Made by a program: the position numbers and the translations under genes
Notes under the pieces: generated by a model
The model's input: the letters and a program-made list of their open reading frames with translations, nothing else
What the model was told of the DNA's origin: nothing
Database searches by the model: none
Part shown: in pieces, positions 9,609 through 18,987 of the stretch
How the letters are laid out: each line of letters begins with the position of its first letter
Numbering within the stretch: position 1 is the stretch's first letter
Assembly: GCA_019456165.1 (NCBI GenBank)
Contig: VRUJ01000006.1
Coordinates: 3,792 to 67,791, forward strand
Source of the DNA: Chloroflexota bacterium
GTDB lineage: Bacteria; Chloroflexota; Anaerolineae; Anaerolineales; UBA11579
Direction of reading: 5' to 3'
Length of the DNA: 64,000 nucleotides

Positions 9609-9702
9609 CGGGCAGGGAGGGATTTGAACCCTCGGAGGATGTTGTTGGCACCCTCACTTGATTATAAGTCAAGCGCTATAAACCGAACTCAGCCACCTGC
9701 CC
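9609..9702 (-). tRNA. tRNA-like gene, class II (long variable arm ~23 nt) with anticodon loop CUUAUAA (apparent anticodon UAU); isotype unresolved
   Basis: The minus-strand fold gives a 7-bp acceptor (GGGCAGG/CCUGCCC), a D arm (GCUG...UAGC with GG in the loop), an anticodon stem (CUUGA/UCAAG), a 7-bp variable-arm stem (GAGGGUG/CAUCCUC) and a canonical T arm (GAGGG-UUCAAAU-CCCUC). CCA is not encoded. Confidence 0.6.
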
Positions 9703-9860
9703 ACCATGAGATTCTATCACGGTGGGATATTGAGTGCAAGCACAAATATTCTATTAAAGCTGGGTAAAAACAAATATTACAAAACAAGCAAGAAAAAATT
9801 TGAGAGTATTGATTAAATAGAACATATGTGCTATAATAGGGAAGGGATGGAAGATATATT

Positions 9861-10481
9861 ATGAGAAAAATATCTAAAGAAACACTACAAAAAGTCATTC
9901 TATTGTATTTTGTTGGTAAGTTTCGAGAAGGTGTCTTCACTAATTATCGCTTTCAGAAAGTGTTGTATTTTGCGTTAAAAGATTTGGAAGAAAACCCGTT
10001 CAGATACCAGCATACTACATATGGTCAATATAGCTTTGATGCTAAAGTAATTCTTGAATTATTAAACGAATTGGGATTTGTAAGTAGTTCGGAATTGCCA
10101 AATGTTGGTGATGCGGGAGAGATGTGGGCAGTTTTTGATAAAGATGCTGTTGAGCATTACCGCAAAATATTACTTAGTTATTCACAAGAATTGGTTAATG
10201 CAATTGATACCAGCATCAAAGAAATTGGATACCTATCGAGTCGCGAATTAGTTACATTGGCACATGATGACCCAGGTTTACAATCAACGCCTTTTGGTGA
10301 TACCATTCTTGAGGAGACTTTACTCGAAAAAGTAAAGGTTGATTTGTCAGAAGATGAATGTGAAGATTTGGATCTAATTTTCAACCTTGGTTTCAATAGA
10401 GGGATGGAAAAATTAATAGCTGGAATTGCAGAAACTGATTTTGATTTGGGGAGGGTGGAAAAAACTGCCTCGATCCTATAG
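9861..10481 (+). CDS. Panacea (DUF4065/SocA/GepA-like) domain protein; putative antitoxin
   Basis: The N-terminal region (RFQKVLYFALKDL...FRYQHTTYGQYSFDAKVILELL) matches the KLQKLLYFaq...AW.yGPV..vY signature of DUF4065 proteins as I recall it. Lies in a low-GC region next to a tRNA. Confidence 0.5.
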   Translation: MRKISKETLQKVILLYFVGKFREGVFTNYRFQKVLYFALKDLEENPFRYQHTTYGQYSFDAKVILELLNELGFVSSSELPNVGDAGEMWAVFDKDAVEHYRKILLSYSQELVNAIDTSIKEIGYLSSRELVTLAHDDPGLQSTPFGDTILEETLLEKVKVDLSEDECEDLDLIFNLGFNRGMEKLIAGIAETDFDLGRVEKTASIL

Positions 10482-10851
10482 CATACTTATACATCTGTCT
10501 TTCCAAGAACAAGCAAGGATAGTTGCAAGTAAGAACAAAAGAATACCAAAGCAACTACAAACATCCTTGGGGCAGATTGAAACCAATCCATCATATGGAA
10601 AAATGATGGATGATGTATTAAAGCAAAGCTTAAGGGGAGTTATCCGACGCGTTCATGTAGGCGGAAGAAAAGGACATCGTCTGATTTACTTGCATCCTCA
10701 TAATTCGAATTTTGTTATCCCTGTGTTCCTGTCCCCTACTCAAAAATCATCATTTGAATACGAAAGTGTTGATTGGGAAAAATTGTGTAATGCAATTTAT
10801 CAAGATTACACTAACAAAAATTACAAATCATTTATGAATTGGAATTCATAA
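10426..10851 (+). CDS. RelE/ParE-superfamily-like toxin (true start uncertain; may begin at internal Met ~10600)
   Basis: The C-terminal segment LRGVIRRVHVGGRKGHRLIYLHPHNSNFVIPVFLSPTQK resembles the RelE/ParE core (L.G...R.RvGdyRiIY.....v.il.i.hR). It overlaps or abuts the Panacea gene, consistent with a toxin-antitoxin-like arrangement. Confidence 0.45.
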   Translation: MQKLILIWGGWKKLPRSYSILIHLSFQEQARIVASKNKRIPKQLQTSLGQIETNPSYGKMMDDVLKQSLRGVIRRVHVGGRKGHRLIYLHPHNSNFVIPVFLSPTQKSSFEYESVDWEKLCNAIYQDYTNKNYKSFMNWNS

Positions 10852-11025
10852 AAATCCTTCTCTTCTGAGGGCTTCACAATTTTCCGTCCTCTTTCAATCC
10901 GTTCCATCTAAAGCCATCCATATCCATATTCGCCTCAGTCACTCCCAGTTTTCGAAAATATTCTAATCCCCCTAGATTTATTTCCCCAAAGGATATATTT
11001 TTACCGCCTCTCCCTCCTCCCAAAC

Positions 11026-11088
11026 AAAAAAGCCTTGCGAAAGTATTAGCGACCATAGGCCGCCACCCTCGCAAGGCAAATAATTGAC
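11026..11088. repeat. Hairpin element copy 1: 'aaaaaagccttgcgaaagtattagcgaccataggccgccaccctcgcaaggcaaataattgac'
   Basis: Inverted arms gccttgcga/tcgcaaggc. A second, more perfect copy sits at 12140-12202 in the same orientation. The two bracket the methyltransferase gene. Confidence 0.7.
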
Positions 11089-11269
11089 TAGTTTCTCGAG
11101 TTTCGCCAAAAAATAATCCCAAAATGGCGGATTTTGAGTGATATTATAGAATAAAGACATTTGATCATTAAAGAATTCTATTTTTCATGTAAAAGAACTC
11201 TTAGGAACATTTTATCCAGAGAACATCTCGGATAATACCCCGTTGAGCGCCCAAAGGGAATAATGAATT

Positions 11270-12094
11270 ATGACAAACGAAAATAAAATGGTTGGATCTA
11301 CAGCAGACGGTTTGGTTGTCATTAGATCAGGACAACAGGCCAAAAAGTTAGGTGTTGAAGATCCCTTTGCAGAATGGTTTATTACTGAAGAGGGACATAA
11401 TCTTCTTCAATTAGCTAAAAAAATAGATAACGTATACGAAGAGTACAATCTAGCTCGTTACAAATTCACAACTTCAAGATTACGTGTGCTCTCAAAAAAT
11501 TACCAACAAATGCTCTTTTTGGGATCGGGTTTTGATTGTCGTGCTGTTTGGTTAGATGTTTTTAAAAATGGTAAAACAGCCGTATTTGAAATCGATGAAT
11601 CTACCAAACTTCAACAAAAGCAAGAACAATTAACTTTACATAAAATATCTCTGCCTGAATGGAACCATTATATCCCAAGCAACCTTGAAAACAATAAAAT
11701 CCCTGAGTTATTATTTACGGAAGGTTTGAGACATAATCAGCCTCTACTCGTTCTTGCCGAAGGTCTGTTCTTCTTTGTGCCAACAGATGTTGTAAAAAAG
11801 GTATTAAATCCCAAATGGCTTGGCCTTGCAAGTGGTAGCCTGGTAATTTTTGATTGTTGGTCAGATGACCGAGTTATTGGATTGAATGCTCGGCTTCTAG
11901 AAGGTATAGGGCGCAAATTATTTTATCCATTTCCTTATAGTACTGAAACAGATAAATTGAAGAAAGATTTAATTGATTTGGGATATAGCAAAGTCATGGT
12001 AACACCACTTTCAAAGATAGTAGAAGAATATTACAAACATGTTATTTTAGATGAATACAAATCAGGTTGGCTTGTAATTGAAGCTACGGTTTAG
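11270..12094 (+). CDS. Class I SAM-dependent methyltransferase, LCM/TcmP (PF04072-like) family
   Basis: Motif MLFLGSGFDCRAVWLD (compare the VLxLGAGlDtRafRL signature of leucine-carboxyl-MTase-like O-methyltransferases). ~36% GC, unlike the ~57% GC bulk. Confidence 0.6.
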   Translation: MTNENKMVGSTADGLVVIRSGQQAKKLGVEDPFAEWFITEEGHNLLQLAKKIDNVYEEYNLARYKFTTSRLRVLSKNYQQMLFLGSGFDCRAVWLDVFKNGKTAVFEIDESTKLQQKQEQLTLHKISLPEWNHYIPSNLENNKIPELLFTEGLRHNQPLLVLAEGLFFFVPTDVVKKVLNPKWLGLASGSLVIFDCWSDDRVIGLNARLLEGIGRKLFYPFPYSTETDKLKKDLIDLGYSKVMVTPLSKIVEEYYKHVILDEYKSGWLVIEATV

Positions 12095-12139
12095 CAAACA
12101 AAGCGGGTTGAGCGCCCAACAAAGCGTACACCCTATCCC

Positions 12140-12202
12140 AACAAAAAACGCCTTGCGAAGGTATCAGCGGTCTTTGACTGCCACCTTCGCAAGGCGAATA
12201 AA
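12140..12202. repeat. Hairpin element copy 2: 'aaaaaacgccttgcgaaggtatcagcggtctttgactgccaccttcgcaaggcgaataaattac' (perfect 14-bp arms)
   Basis: cgccttgcgaaggt ... accttcgcaaggcg. Sits 45 bp after the MTase stop. May also act as a terminator, but has no T-tract. Confidence 0.7.
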
Positions 12203-12219
12203 TTACTTGTTGGTTATTG

Positions 12220-12714
12220 TTAAGTAACCCAGGGCAAACTCAGGACTGCATCCACGCTCCAGGCGCCCCAGGCGCCCATGGCCAGCAAAACAACCTGCGG
12301 AACGATCATATTCCAGTTCTGGCCTTGCTCGCATTGGTATGCCGGGTTGACCGAAATATCCTTGGTGGGTTTGACCCCCGCCAAAGTAATGTAGTTCAGG
12401 TTCAAGAAGATCGCCACTATCAACGCTATGGGGGTCAAGAAGCCAAATACCAGACCGATGCCGACGGCCAACTCACCGGCCAAAACCAAATAGGGGAACC
12501 AGGCCCCATTGGGTTCGACCAGCTTCTTGATCGCTCGGCCAAAGGCAGGCACGGGATGGTTATCGGCCAGGTCGAGAGTCCAGCTCACCATCTGCCCGCT
12601 AACGAACTTCTTTAACGGCTTGTGTGCGAAACTCTTGATCCACCACAAGCCGAGGCCAATGCGTAGTATTGCCAACCACTGGTCCACTTCTAAAAATCCA
12701 AATATATCTGTCAT
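12220..12714 (-). CDS. DoxX-family membrane protein
   Basis: 4-TM small protein. The start is taken at the internal Met preceded by ggaggg. The longest ORF extends to 12843. Confidence 0.6.
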   Translation of the reverse strand: MTDIFGFLEVDQWLAILRIGLGLWWIKSFAHKPLKKFVSGQMVSWTLDLADNHPVPAFGRAIKKLVEPNGAWFPYLVLAGELAVGIGLVFGFLTPIALIVAIFLNLNYITLAGVKPTKDISVNPAYQCEQGQNWNMIVPQVVLLAMGAWGAWSVDAVLSLPWVT

Positions 12715-12862
12715 CAGGCCCTCCGGTAATATTATTGTGGGATAAGTGCAAAACCGCCGCCCCGGCTGGCTAGTACATAATCTTTCGAGGCAACCATCGT
12801 GCTGTAAAAAAAAGACGCTATGGAAAGCTAATACCTTACCCAATAAGGATACCCGTAGTAAA

Positions 12863-13765
12863 ATGTGCGCCGTGACTCCTCAAGCCTTACCCTACCTTCT
12901 ATTGCTGGGCAGCTTATACGGCACTACCTTGATCGTCTCGCGCTTCGCTGTAGGGCAGTTCGCACCCACAACCTATATCAGCCTGCGCTTTTTGATCGCG
13001 AGCCTGGGTTACGCCCTAATATTCATATTCTCAGTTCAAGGGCGTAAATGGCCAAAAGACCGCCGCGTTTGGGGGCACTCATCGCTGTTGGGCGTTTTCG
13101 GTACCGCCATACCCATGGTTCTCCTAGTGAGCGCTCTGCTCTACCAATCCAGTGGAATGACCTCGATATTGCTCACCACCGCTCCAGCTATCACCGTACT
13201 AATGGCGCACTTTTGGCTGCCTGATGAGAGTATCAACTTACGCAAATTAGTAGGCATTGGGTTAGCCTTAGGCGGAGCTGTAAGCCTGGTTGCGCTGGGG
13301 GAAAACGGCCTACCCGATGTCAGTCAGGCAAACCCGCTCGGGTATATATTCACAATTATAGCCATGGTTTTAAGCAGCATAATGACTATCTACATACGTA
13401 AATATATGCAGAACATGGATGCATTCGACGTCAGCAGTGTGCGCACGTTTATCGCGGCTCTCACCATCATGCCATTGTCTATCCTATTCATCGGCTTCGA
13501 CTTTAGCCAGGTAAACAGTCAAGGGTTTATGGCTCTAGGCTATGCGGCAGTTGTGGGGACTTTCTTTGCTACCATTGTAGAATTCTATATCGTCAAACGC
13601 TTCGGGGCTACGACCTCCGCCATGACCACTTACATTGTCCCCGTCGTTGCCAGCATTGGAGGGGTCTTCATGTTGGGTGAACAGATCACGGTTGGTATGC
13701 TGTTCGGCATGCTGCTTATCCTTGGTGGTATAGTTGTCCTCAATGGAGGCGAGGCGACTGCCTGA
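12863..13765 (+). CDS. EamA/DMT-superfamily transporter
   Basis: About 10 TM segments arranged as two EamA-like halves. The start is taken at MCAVTPQALPY. Confidence 0.7.
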   Translation: MCAVTPQALPYLLLLGSLYGTTLIVSRFAVGQFAPTTYISLRFLIASLGYALIFIFSVQGRKWPKDRRVWGHSSLLGVFGTAIPMVLLVSALLYQSSGMTSILLTTAPAITVLMAHFWLPDESINLRKLVGIGLALGGAVSLVALGENGLPDVSQANPLGYIFTIIAMVLSSIMTIYIRKYMQNMDAFDVSSVRTFIAALTIMPLSILFIGFDFSQVNSQGFMALGYAAVVGTFFATIVEFYIVKRFGATTSAMTTYIVPVVASIGGVFMLGEQITVGMLFGMLLILGGIVVLNGGEATA

Positions 13766-13774
13766 GTAGATCCT

Positions 13775-14257
13775 TTATTTCAAACCCTTCCAATCACCGC
13801 TGTCGAAATCCTTGAAGAAGAATTCTTTATCCTCTTGATCTCCAATCGCCTCTCCCGCCTGTTGGGCTAATAGAATATATTTCTGCGCCTTTTCTTTATT
13901 GGATGCGGCCGCGTTGGCGCGCGCAATGCCCTCATATGCAAATGCCAGGTCGAAATCTTCCATCAGATCCGCGTGCTCTTCGGTCAATTCCAGGCAGCGG
14001 TTGGCATGCCTCAAGGCCGCGTCAGTCATTTCTAAAACCAGGTAGACGCGAGCGATCAGCCACTCACCGCGTTGGTGATTCACACCCGTCCCCACTTGCA
14101 GCCAGTGGTAATTTGAAGCATGGGCTGTGTGTACCATCAACTCGTTTTCCTGCTTGCTGCGGTCTGCTTTTTCAAGCAGTTCCCATGTTTTACCATTGAG
14201 TGTGCGCGCAAACATTTTGTGGGCTTCGGCTTGGGTATACTTCTCTACCTCACTCAT
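13775..14257 (-). CDS. Hypothetical protein (helical, TPR-like)
   Basis: 160-aa ORF with good coding composition. No recognised motif. Confidence 0.4.
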   Translation of the reverse strand: MSEVEKYTQAEAHKMFARTLNGKTWELLEKADRSKQENELMVHTAHASNYHWLQVGTGVNHQRGEWLIARVYLVLEMTDAALRHANRCLELTEEHADLMEDFDLAFAYEGIARANAAASNKEKAQKYILLAQQAGEAIGDQEDKEFFFKDFDSGDWKGLK

Positions 14258-14459
14258 GGAATCCTCCAGTCTAATTTTGGCGAATATAAATCATTAAGTC
14301 AAACACGCTTACACAGCATTTGTCTTTGAATCCTTCAGGGAAGCTCTAACAAAAAAACCAAAATTACAATATCGCATTTGGGATTAGCCTCCCAAACGTG
14401 TATAATAGATATGCTCCCAGTAATATTCAATTTCTCATCATCATCTAAAAATAGAAGAA

Positions 14460-16232
14460 ATGCCCAAACCAGCCATGAATGACAGGCAAGTCCTATTCAC
14501 CCAAATGATCACAGAACTGGGTGCAGCCGCGGCAGGCAACTGGGAAGACATCCAAAATCTCTTATCCAAATTCACCGACATGCACCCCAAAACGACTGAG
14601 TTGAATAGAGAAGAGTTTATAAAGTTAACCGCCAAAGGCACTGCCTTCATTACTTTCGAATACGGTGTAGATGGGGTTTCTATTGAGATTACCAAATATG
14701 CCCGTGCTCTGGAAGTTCTGCTTAATGAGAACACAGAAGCCGCAATCCATCTGATCGGAGGCGACTTTCACCCTCAGGCAGACGCATTACTCTTGCCGAT
14801 TTGGCGGCAGCACAAAATATCCGGTATAAATGGTTGGGCTAAGTGGGATAAGGGAAAGTGGTTCTCCGCCCTATTCCTCCGAGAAATGCCAGAAGGCAGC
14901 CAGACCTCAGATGGGGTGGCGGTTGAAATCTTCAAACAAGCCGCTTCCATCGCCGAAAGGCTGGGAAGATATCTAACAGAAAACCACGTCTCCCTGCTCA
15001 TTCCAGTCAACATTGCATCTAATCCGGGAAACCTGGCCCTCACCCTGGCTGTGGTCATCGTCAGCGAGGCTTTGGGCTTATATGTCATCAATTCCAACCA
15101 TGATTTCTTTTGGGAAGGAGGTATGCCAGCTAATGAAATAGCCCCAGGCGAACCAGCTGGCATTCGCGACCACTTTTTCCGAAACGCGAGCAATAGACCA
15201 TTCTTTGCATTGTTCGAGTCTCTTTACCCCTGGAACGGGCGCAAATGGATCCAGGTCAATATAAACAAACTTCAATCGCAACGGCTTATCCAGCAATATG
15301 GTTTCGCGAAAGAAAAAGTTGTTGGGATCTCCACAAGTGTGGGCAACTCGCTATTTAGGAGCTATACCCAGAAAGATGTCAGACTCGCGCGATTAAGGAT
15401 GGGTTACATCTTCTCACGAGGCAAGCCCAAAATACATTCCCAGCCCATAAATATTTTCATTCGGGAAATCAAGAACTGGATGCGAAACCAAACTCCTGTG
15501 GTTATAAGCGCTCACTCTGGAGCTGTATTAGATGCAACATCCGAAAGCCTTATCTATATGCTTCAACCCACGCGTATCCTGGCGCGAAAACGAATAGAAA
15601 AAGATCTCCACCTTATCGGCGCGCTTTTGCAACATACCTCATTTAGAGAAAGTTTAGAGGCCGACGAATCCAAGCAGATAGCCCTGCATATTACCGGTCC
15701 CGCGCCCATTGAGCACAAAGCAGACCTTGAAATCGTTCTTCAAGCATTCAGTGATGTGATCGAATCACTACCAGATTCAATTGCGAGTAGAATATTTCTG
15801 GCCCTATCAGTAGGCCATGAAGAACACGCTTCTTTCGGCGAAAACGATTTCAGCCGCATGCGCATCGAAGATTTATACCATCTAGCGACGGCAGTGCTCT
15901 TCCCCAGCGAGGTAGAAGGCCGCGGCTTGCCCATCCTCGAGGCAGCCGCTTGCGGTATCCCTATCATTTGCAGCCGCTATAACCCGCAGGAAGTATTCGC
16001 TGTCGTGGTCGGAGAGGGCTTGTCAGAAAAGGAACAGATCCACTATACCCTATTCCCTGAAGGAGATTTCACAGCCTCTTTTCTAGATGAGGCTGCTGGC
16101 TTGCTGCTGAACCGTGAGCTTCACGAAAACCGGATCGCCCACAACAAAGAAGCTGTTCGTCTGCGTTTCAGCAGTTCAGCGCTAAGGGAAAAGTTCAGCC
16201 GTCTTTTGGATCAGGTGCGCACTTTTAAGTGA
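14460..16232 (+). CDS. GT4-like (GT-B fold) glycosyltransferase, long form (590 aa)
   Basis: C-terminal PSEVEGRGLPILEAAACGIPII, an E-x7-E-type motif. The N-terminal region (GVDGVSIEITKYARALE) is paralogous to ORF 17589..18896. Confidence 0.6.
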   Translation: MPKPAMNDRQVLFTQMITELGAAAAGNWEDIQNLLSKFTDMHPKTTELNREEFIKLTAKGTAFITFEYGVDGVSIEITKYARALEVLLNENTEAAIHLIGGDFHPQADALLLPIWRQHKISGINGWAKWDKGKWFSALFLREMPEGSQTSDGVAVEIFKQAASIAERLGRYLTENHVSLLIPVNIASNPGNLALTLAVVIVSEALGLYVINSNHDFFWEGGMPANEIAPGEPAGIRDHFFRNASNRPFFALFESLYPWNGRKWIQVNINKLQSQRLIQQYGFAKEKVVGISTSVGNSLFRSYTQKDVRLARLRMGYIFSRGKPKIHSQPINIFIREIKNWMRNQTPVVISAHSGAVLDATSESLIYMLQPTRILARKRIEKDLHLIGALLQHTSFRESLEADESKQIALHITGPAPIEHKADLEIVLQAFSDVIESLPDSIASRIFLALSVGHEEHASFGENDFSRMRIEDLYHLATAVLFPSEVEGRGLPILEAAACGIPIICSRYNPQEVFAVVVGEGLSEKEQIHYTLFPEGDFTASFLDEAAGLLLNRELHENRIAHNKEAVRLRFSSSALREKFSRLLDQVRTFK

Positions 16233-16324
16233 CCCATTATCGAAAAACTAGTCTAAAATAGCTTCTTACTTGGTAAAGCTTCGCGATAAATTCTCAGAAT
16301 AATAATTATTTAGGAGAAAATCTA

Positions 16325-17440
16325 TTGCATATTTGTTTTATTGAAGACACACATCTACATGGAGGCACTCAAATTTGGGTCGCCGAAGCCGTGCGTGCCT
16401 TCGTGGCGCGCGGGGAACAGGTCACCATCTTGGCCCCAACCGATAGCTGGGTAGCCGAGCAAGGTGCGCAAGCCAAAGCACGCATATTTACGTACGATTG
16501 GGATGAAGTAATAAACGGAGACGAGCAAAGCAAAGAAATTTGGACAACAGCCTTAGACCCATGCGATGTAGCCATCTGCACCGTGCACCCGCCCCGGCAT
16601 GGATTCCATTGCTCAGTCTTTGCCGCCGTGTGCATCAAGGAAGGGGAGCTTAAAACACACCTGATCCCCAAAACAGGCACAATCGTGCCGGATTACAAGC
16701 GAGAGTTTTACCTACCCGATGAAACGATTAACTCATCAGTGATCGCGATAGCAGATTTCACACGCCAGTACCTGATTAACACCTATAAGATTCCAGAAAA
16801 GAAAACCAAACTCATCTATCAGGGTACTGATGTGCGCCGTTTTCAATCAACAGCCCAAAACAGAGTCAAAGCGCTTGAGCACTACCCACTCCCCGAAAAT
16901 GCTGCGCCGACATTGGCCAGCGTAGGATCGTTTGAAGAGCGCAAGGGACATCCGATACTCTTTGAGGCATTATCAGAGTTAGCTTCCGGACCCTTTCCGC
17001 ACAACCACCTAATGATGGTGGGCGATGGGCCAGACGAGGAGATGCTGAAAGAAAAAGTCAAGATGATGGGCCTTGAAAAGAACGTTTCCTTCTTCCCTTT
17101 CACCGGTCATCCCAACTTGGTTTTTGAACGCATAGACATAACTGTAATGCCCAGCCTTTACAAAGAAGGGCTGCCAAACGTGCTCCTAGAATCAATGTCC
17201 ATGCATGTTCCGGTGATCTCTTCTAATATAGGGGGAGTGCCAGAGATTGTTACCAACGGGGAAACGGGATACATGGTGGAACCAGGAGACAGCGGCGAAT
17301 TGGCGAGGGCGATCCAAAAGCTTTGGGGCGATCAAGAGCAATATCAGAAAATGAGGGCAAATACTCGCAAACTCATAGAAGAAAAATTCGATAAAGAAAT
17401 CCAATTTGAGCGCTTCTTAGATTACTTTAAAGAGGTATAA
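16325..17440 (+). CDS. Glycosyltransferase family 4
   Basis: Motifs GTQIWVAEAVRAF, EGLPNVLLESMSMHVPVISSNIGGVPEIV. TTG start with RBS aggag. Confidence 0.8.
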   Translation: MHICFIEDTHLHGGTQIWVAEAVRAFVARGEQVTILAPTDSWVAEQGAQAKARIFTYDWDEVINGDEQSKEIWTTALDPCDVAICTVHPPRHGFHCSVFAAVCIKEGELKTHLIPKTGTIVPDYKREFYLPDETINSSVIAIADFTRQYLINTYKIPEKKTKLIYQGTDVRRFQSTAQNRVKALEHYPLPENAAPTLASVGSFEERKGHPILFEALSELASGPFPHNHLMMVGDGPDEEMLKEKVKMMGLEKNVSFFPFTGHPNLVFERIDITVMPSLYKEGLPNVLLESMSMHVPVISSNIGGVPEIVTNGETGYMVEPGDSGELARAIQKLWGDQEQYQKMRANTRKLIEEKFDKEIQFERFLDYFKEV

Positions 17441-17588
17441 TTGCGGCCTTGAATCGAGCCTTCACCCAAGATCATATGAGTGTTCTATTTTATCAAAATC
17501 CCCATAAGTATTTCAAGCAGAAATTTGACATTTTGTGTAAACTATCAATATTCTTAGGTCGCGCATACATAATTGAAATATAATCGAA

Positions 17589-18896
17589 TTGCAGGATTCA
17601 GAATTTATGGCCGCAAATAATTACTCTCGTAGACCGCTAAATATCGGGTTCATATCTTTCCGCTTTGCCGGGACCGATGGGGTTTCGCTGGAAACATCTA
17701 AATGGGCGCATGTGCTAGAAGAAATGGGCCACACTTGCTTTTACTTTTCTGGCCTTTCTGATCGCCCAGCAGAACGCTCTATAGTTGTACCCGAGGCGCA
17801 TTTCCGCGATGCGGAAGTATTAGAGCATTACGACCATTTCTTCGGAGCAATGAAACGCTCTGCCGAAGACACTCGTTGGGTGCACGATCGGCGCGAGTTC
17901 TTCCGCGGGCATGTGGAACGTTTCATCAAGGAATTTGAACTAGACCTGTTGATCCCGCAGAATTTGTTTTCTTACCCCTTGAACATCCCCCTATCCCTGG
18001 CCCTGACCGAGATTATTGCTGAGACCAACATTCCGACCATCGCCCACCACCACGATTTCACCTGGGAACGCCAAGTGTTTTTGGTTAACAGCGTCTGGGA
18101 TTACATCAATGCGTCTATTCCCCCCTCCTTGCCAGCTATCCAACATGTGGTGATTAACTCGGCTGCCCAACACCAATTAGCTCGCCGCAAGGGGGTGGGT
18201 TCAACCATCATCCCCAATGTGATGGACTATGAAAATCCCCCTCCGGAGGAGCCGGACGAATACGCTTCGGACGTAAGAGAGACTTTGGGGCTTGACCCGG
18301 ATGAACTTCTGATATTACAACCTACGCGCATCGTCCAGCGCAAAGGTATTGAGCACGCTATAGAGCTTGTCAGCCGGCTAAAATTAAAGGCTTCCCTGGT
18401 GATATCCCATGCAGCTGGAGATGACGGTTACTCATATGAAAAGAGAGTGAAGGATTACGCCAAATTATTGAATGTGCGCGTCCGCTTTGCAGCCGAAATC
18501 TTCGATGAAAACCGCGGCACTACCAAGGATGGACGCAAAATATACAGCCTGGCAGATGTATATCCACATGCTGATCTGGTTACCTACCCATCGGTAGTTG
18601 AGGGTTTTGGCAACGCTTTTCTGGAAGCGCTATACTACCGAAAACCAATCGTAGTGAACAACTATTCGATCTATGCTATTGATATTCGGCCAAAAGGTTT
18701 CCGGGTGATTGAGTTCGATGATTTTATTACTGATGAAACCGTTGAACGCACGCGCGAGTTATTGAATAATCCAAAATTGGTTGCGGAGATGTGCGACCAT
18801 AATTACAGGTTAGCCGTGAATCATTTCTCCTATATGGTGCTGCGCCACAAGCTGCAAATTGAGTTGGATAACGCCTTCGGTACGAACGGCAACTAA
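17589..18896 (+). CDS. GT4-like glycosyltransferase (paralog of 14460..16232)
   Basis: Motifs FAGTDGVSLETSKWAHVLEEMGH, YPSVVEGFGNAFLEALYYRKPIVV. Confidence 0.65.
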   Translation: MQDSEFMAANNYSRRPLNIGFISFRFAGTDGVSLETSKWAHVLEEMGHTCFYFSGLSDRPAERSIVVPEAHFRDAEVLEHYDHFFGAMKRSAEDTRWVHDRREFFRGHVERFIKEFELDLLIPQNLFSYPLNIPLSLALTEIIAETNIPTIAHHHDFTWERQVFLVNSVWDYINASIPPSLPAIQHVVINSAAQHQLARRKGVGSTIIPNVMDYENPPPEEPDEYASDVRETLGLDPDELLILQPTRIVQRKGIEHAIELVSRLKLKASLVISHAAGDDGYSYEKRVKDYAKLLNVRVRFAAEIFDENRGTTKDGRKIYSLADVYPHADLVTYPSVVEGFGNAFLEALYYRKPIVVNNYSIYAIDIRPKGFRVIEFDDFITDETVERTRELLNNPKLVAEMCDHNYRLAVNHFSYMVLRHKLQIELDNAFGTNGN

Positions 18897-18987
18897 CCCT
18901 CCTACAAAATATTATTTTATTGGAGAAAGCTTTGGGATGGAAATATTCTTCAATGCTGCAATCCCCCCAAGAACAACATACTTCACT

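Noticed and set aside
9689-9940. ORF 9689..9940 (-)
   Set aside because: It overlaps the tRNA gene and lies in AT-rich intergenic DNA. It is almost certainly non-coding.
11026-12202. Integron attC-like sites flanking the methyltransferase (a GTTGAGC core-like motif near hairpins)
   Set aside because: The GTTRRRY-like motif lies about 90 bp away from the hairpins rather than at their 3' boundary. No intI gene or attI is visible, and the hairpins lack the bipartite R''-L''/L'-R' organisation of attC sites.
12217-12843. Long ORF 12220..12843 (207 aa) and overlapping plus-strand ORFs 12217..12615 and 12509..12745
   Set aside because: The N-terminal 43 codons of the minus ORF lack membrane-protein character and run into the promoter region of the divergent EamA gene. 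The internal Met with a GGAGG RBS (12714) is the likely start. The plus-strand ORFs are antisense artefacts.
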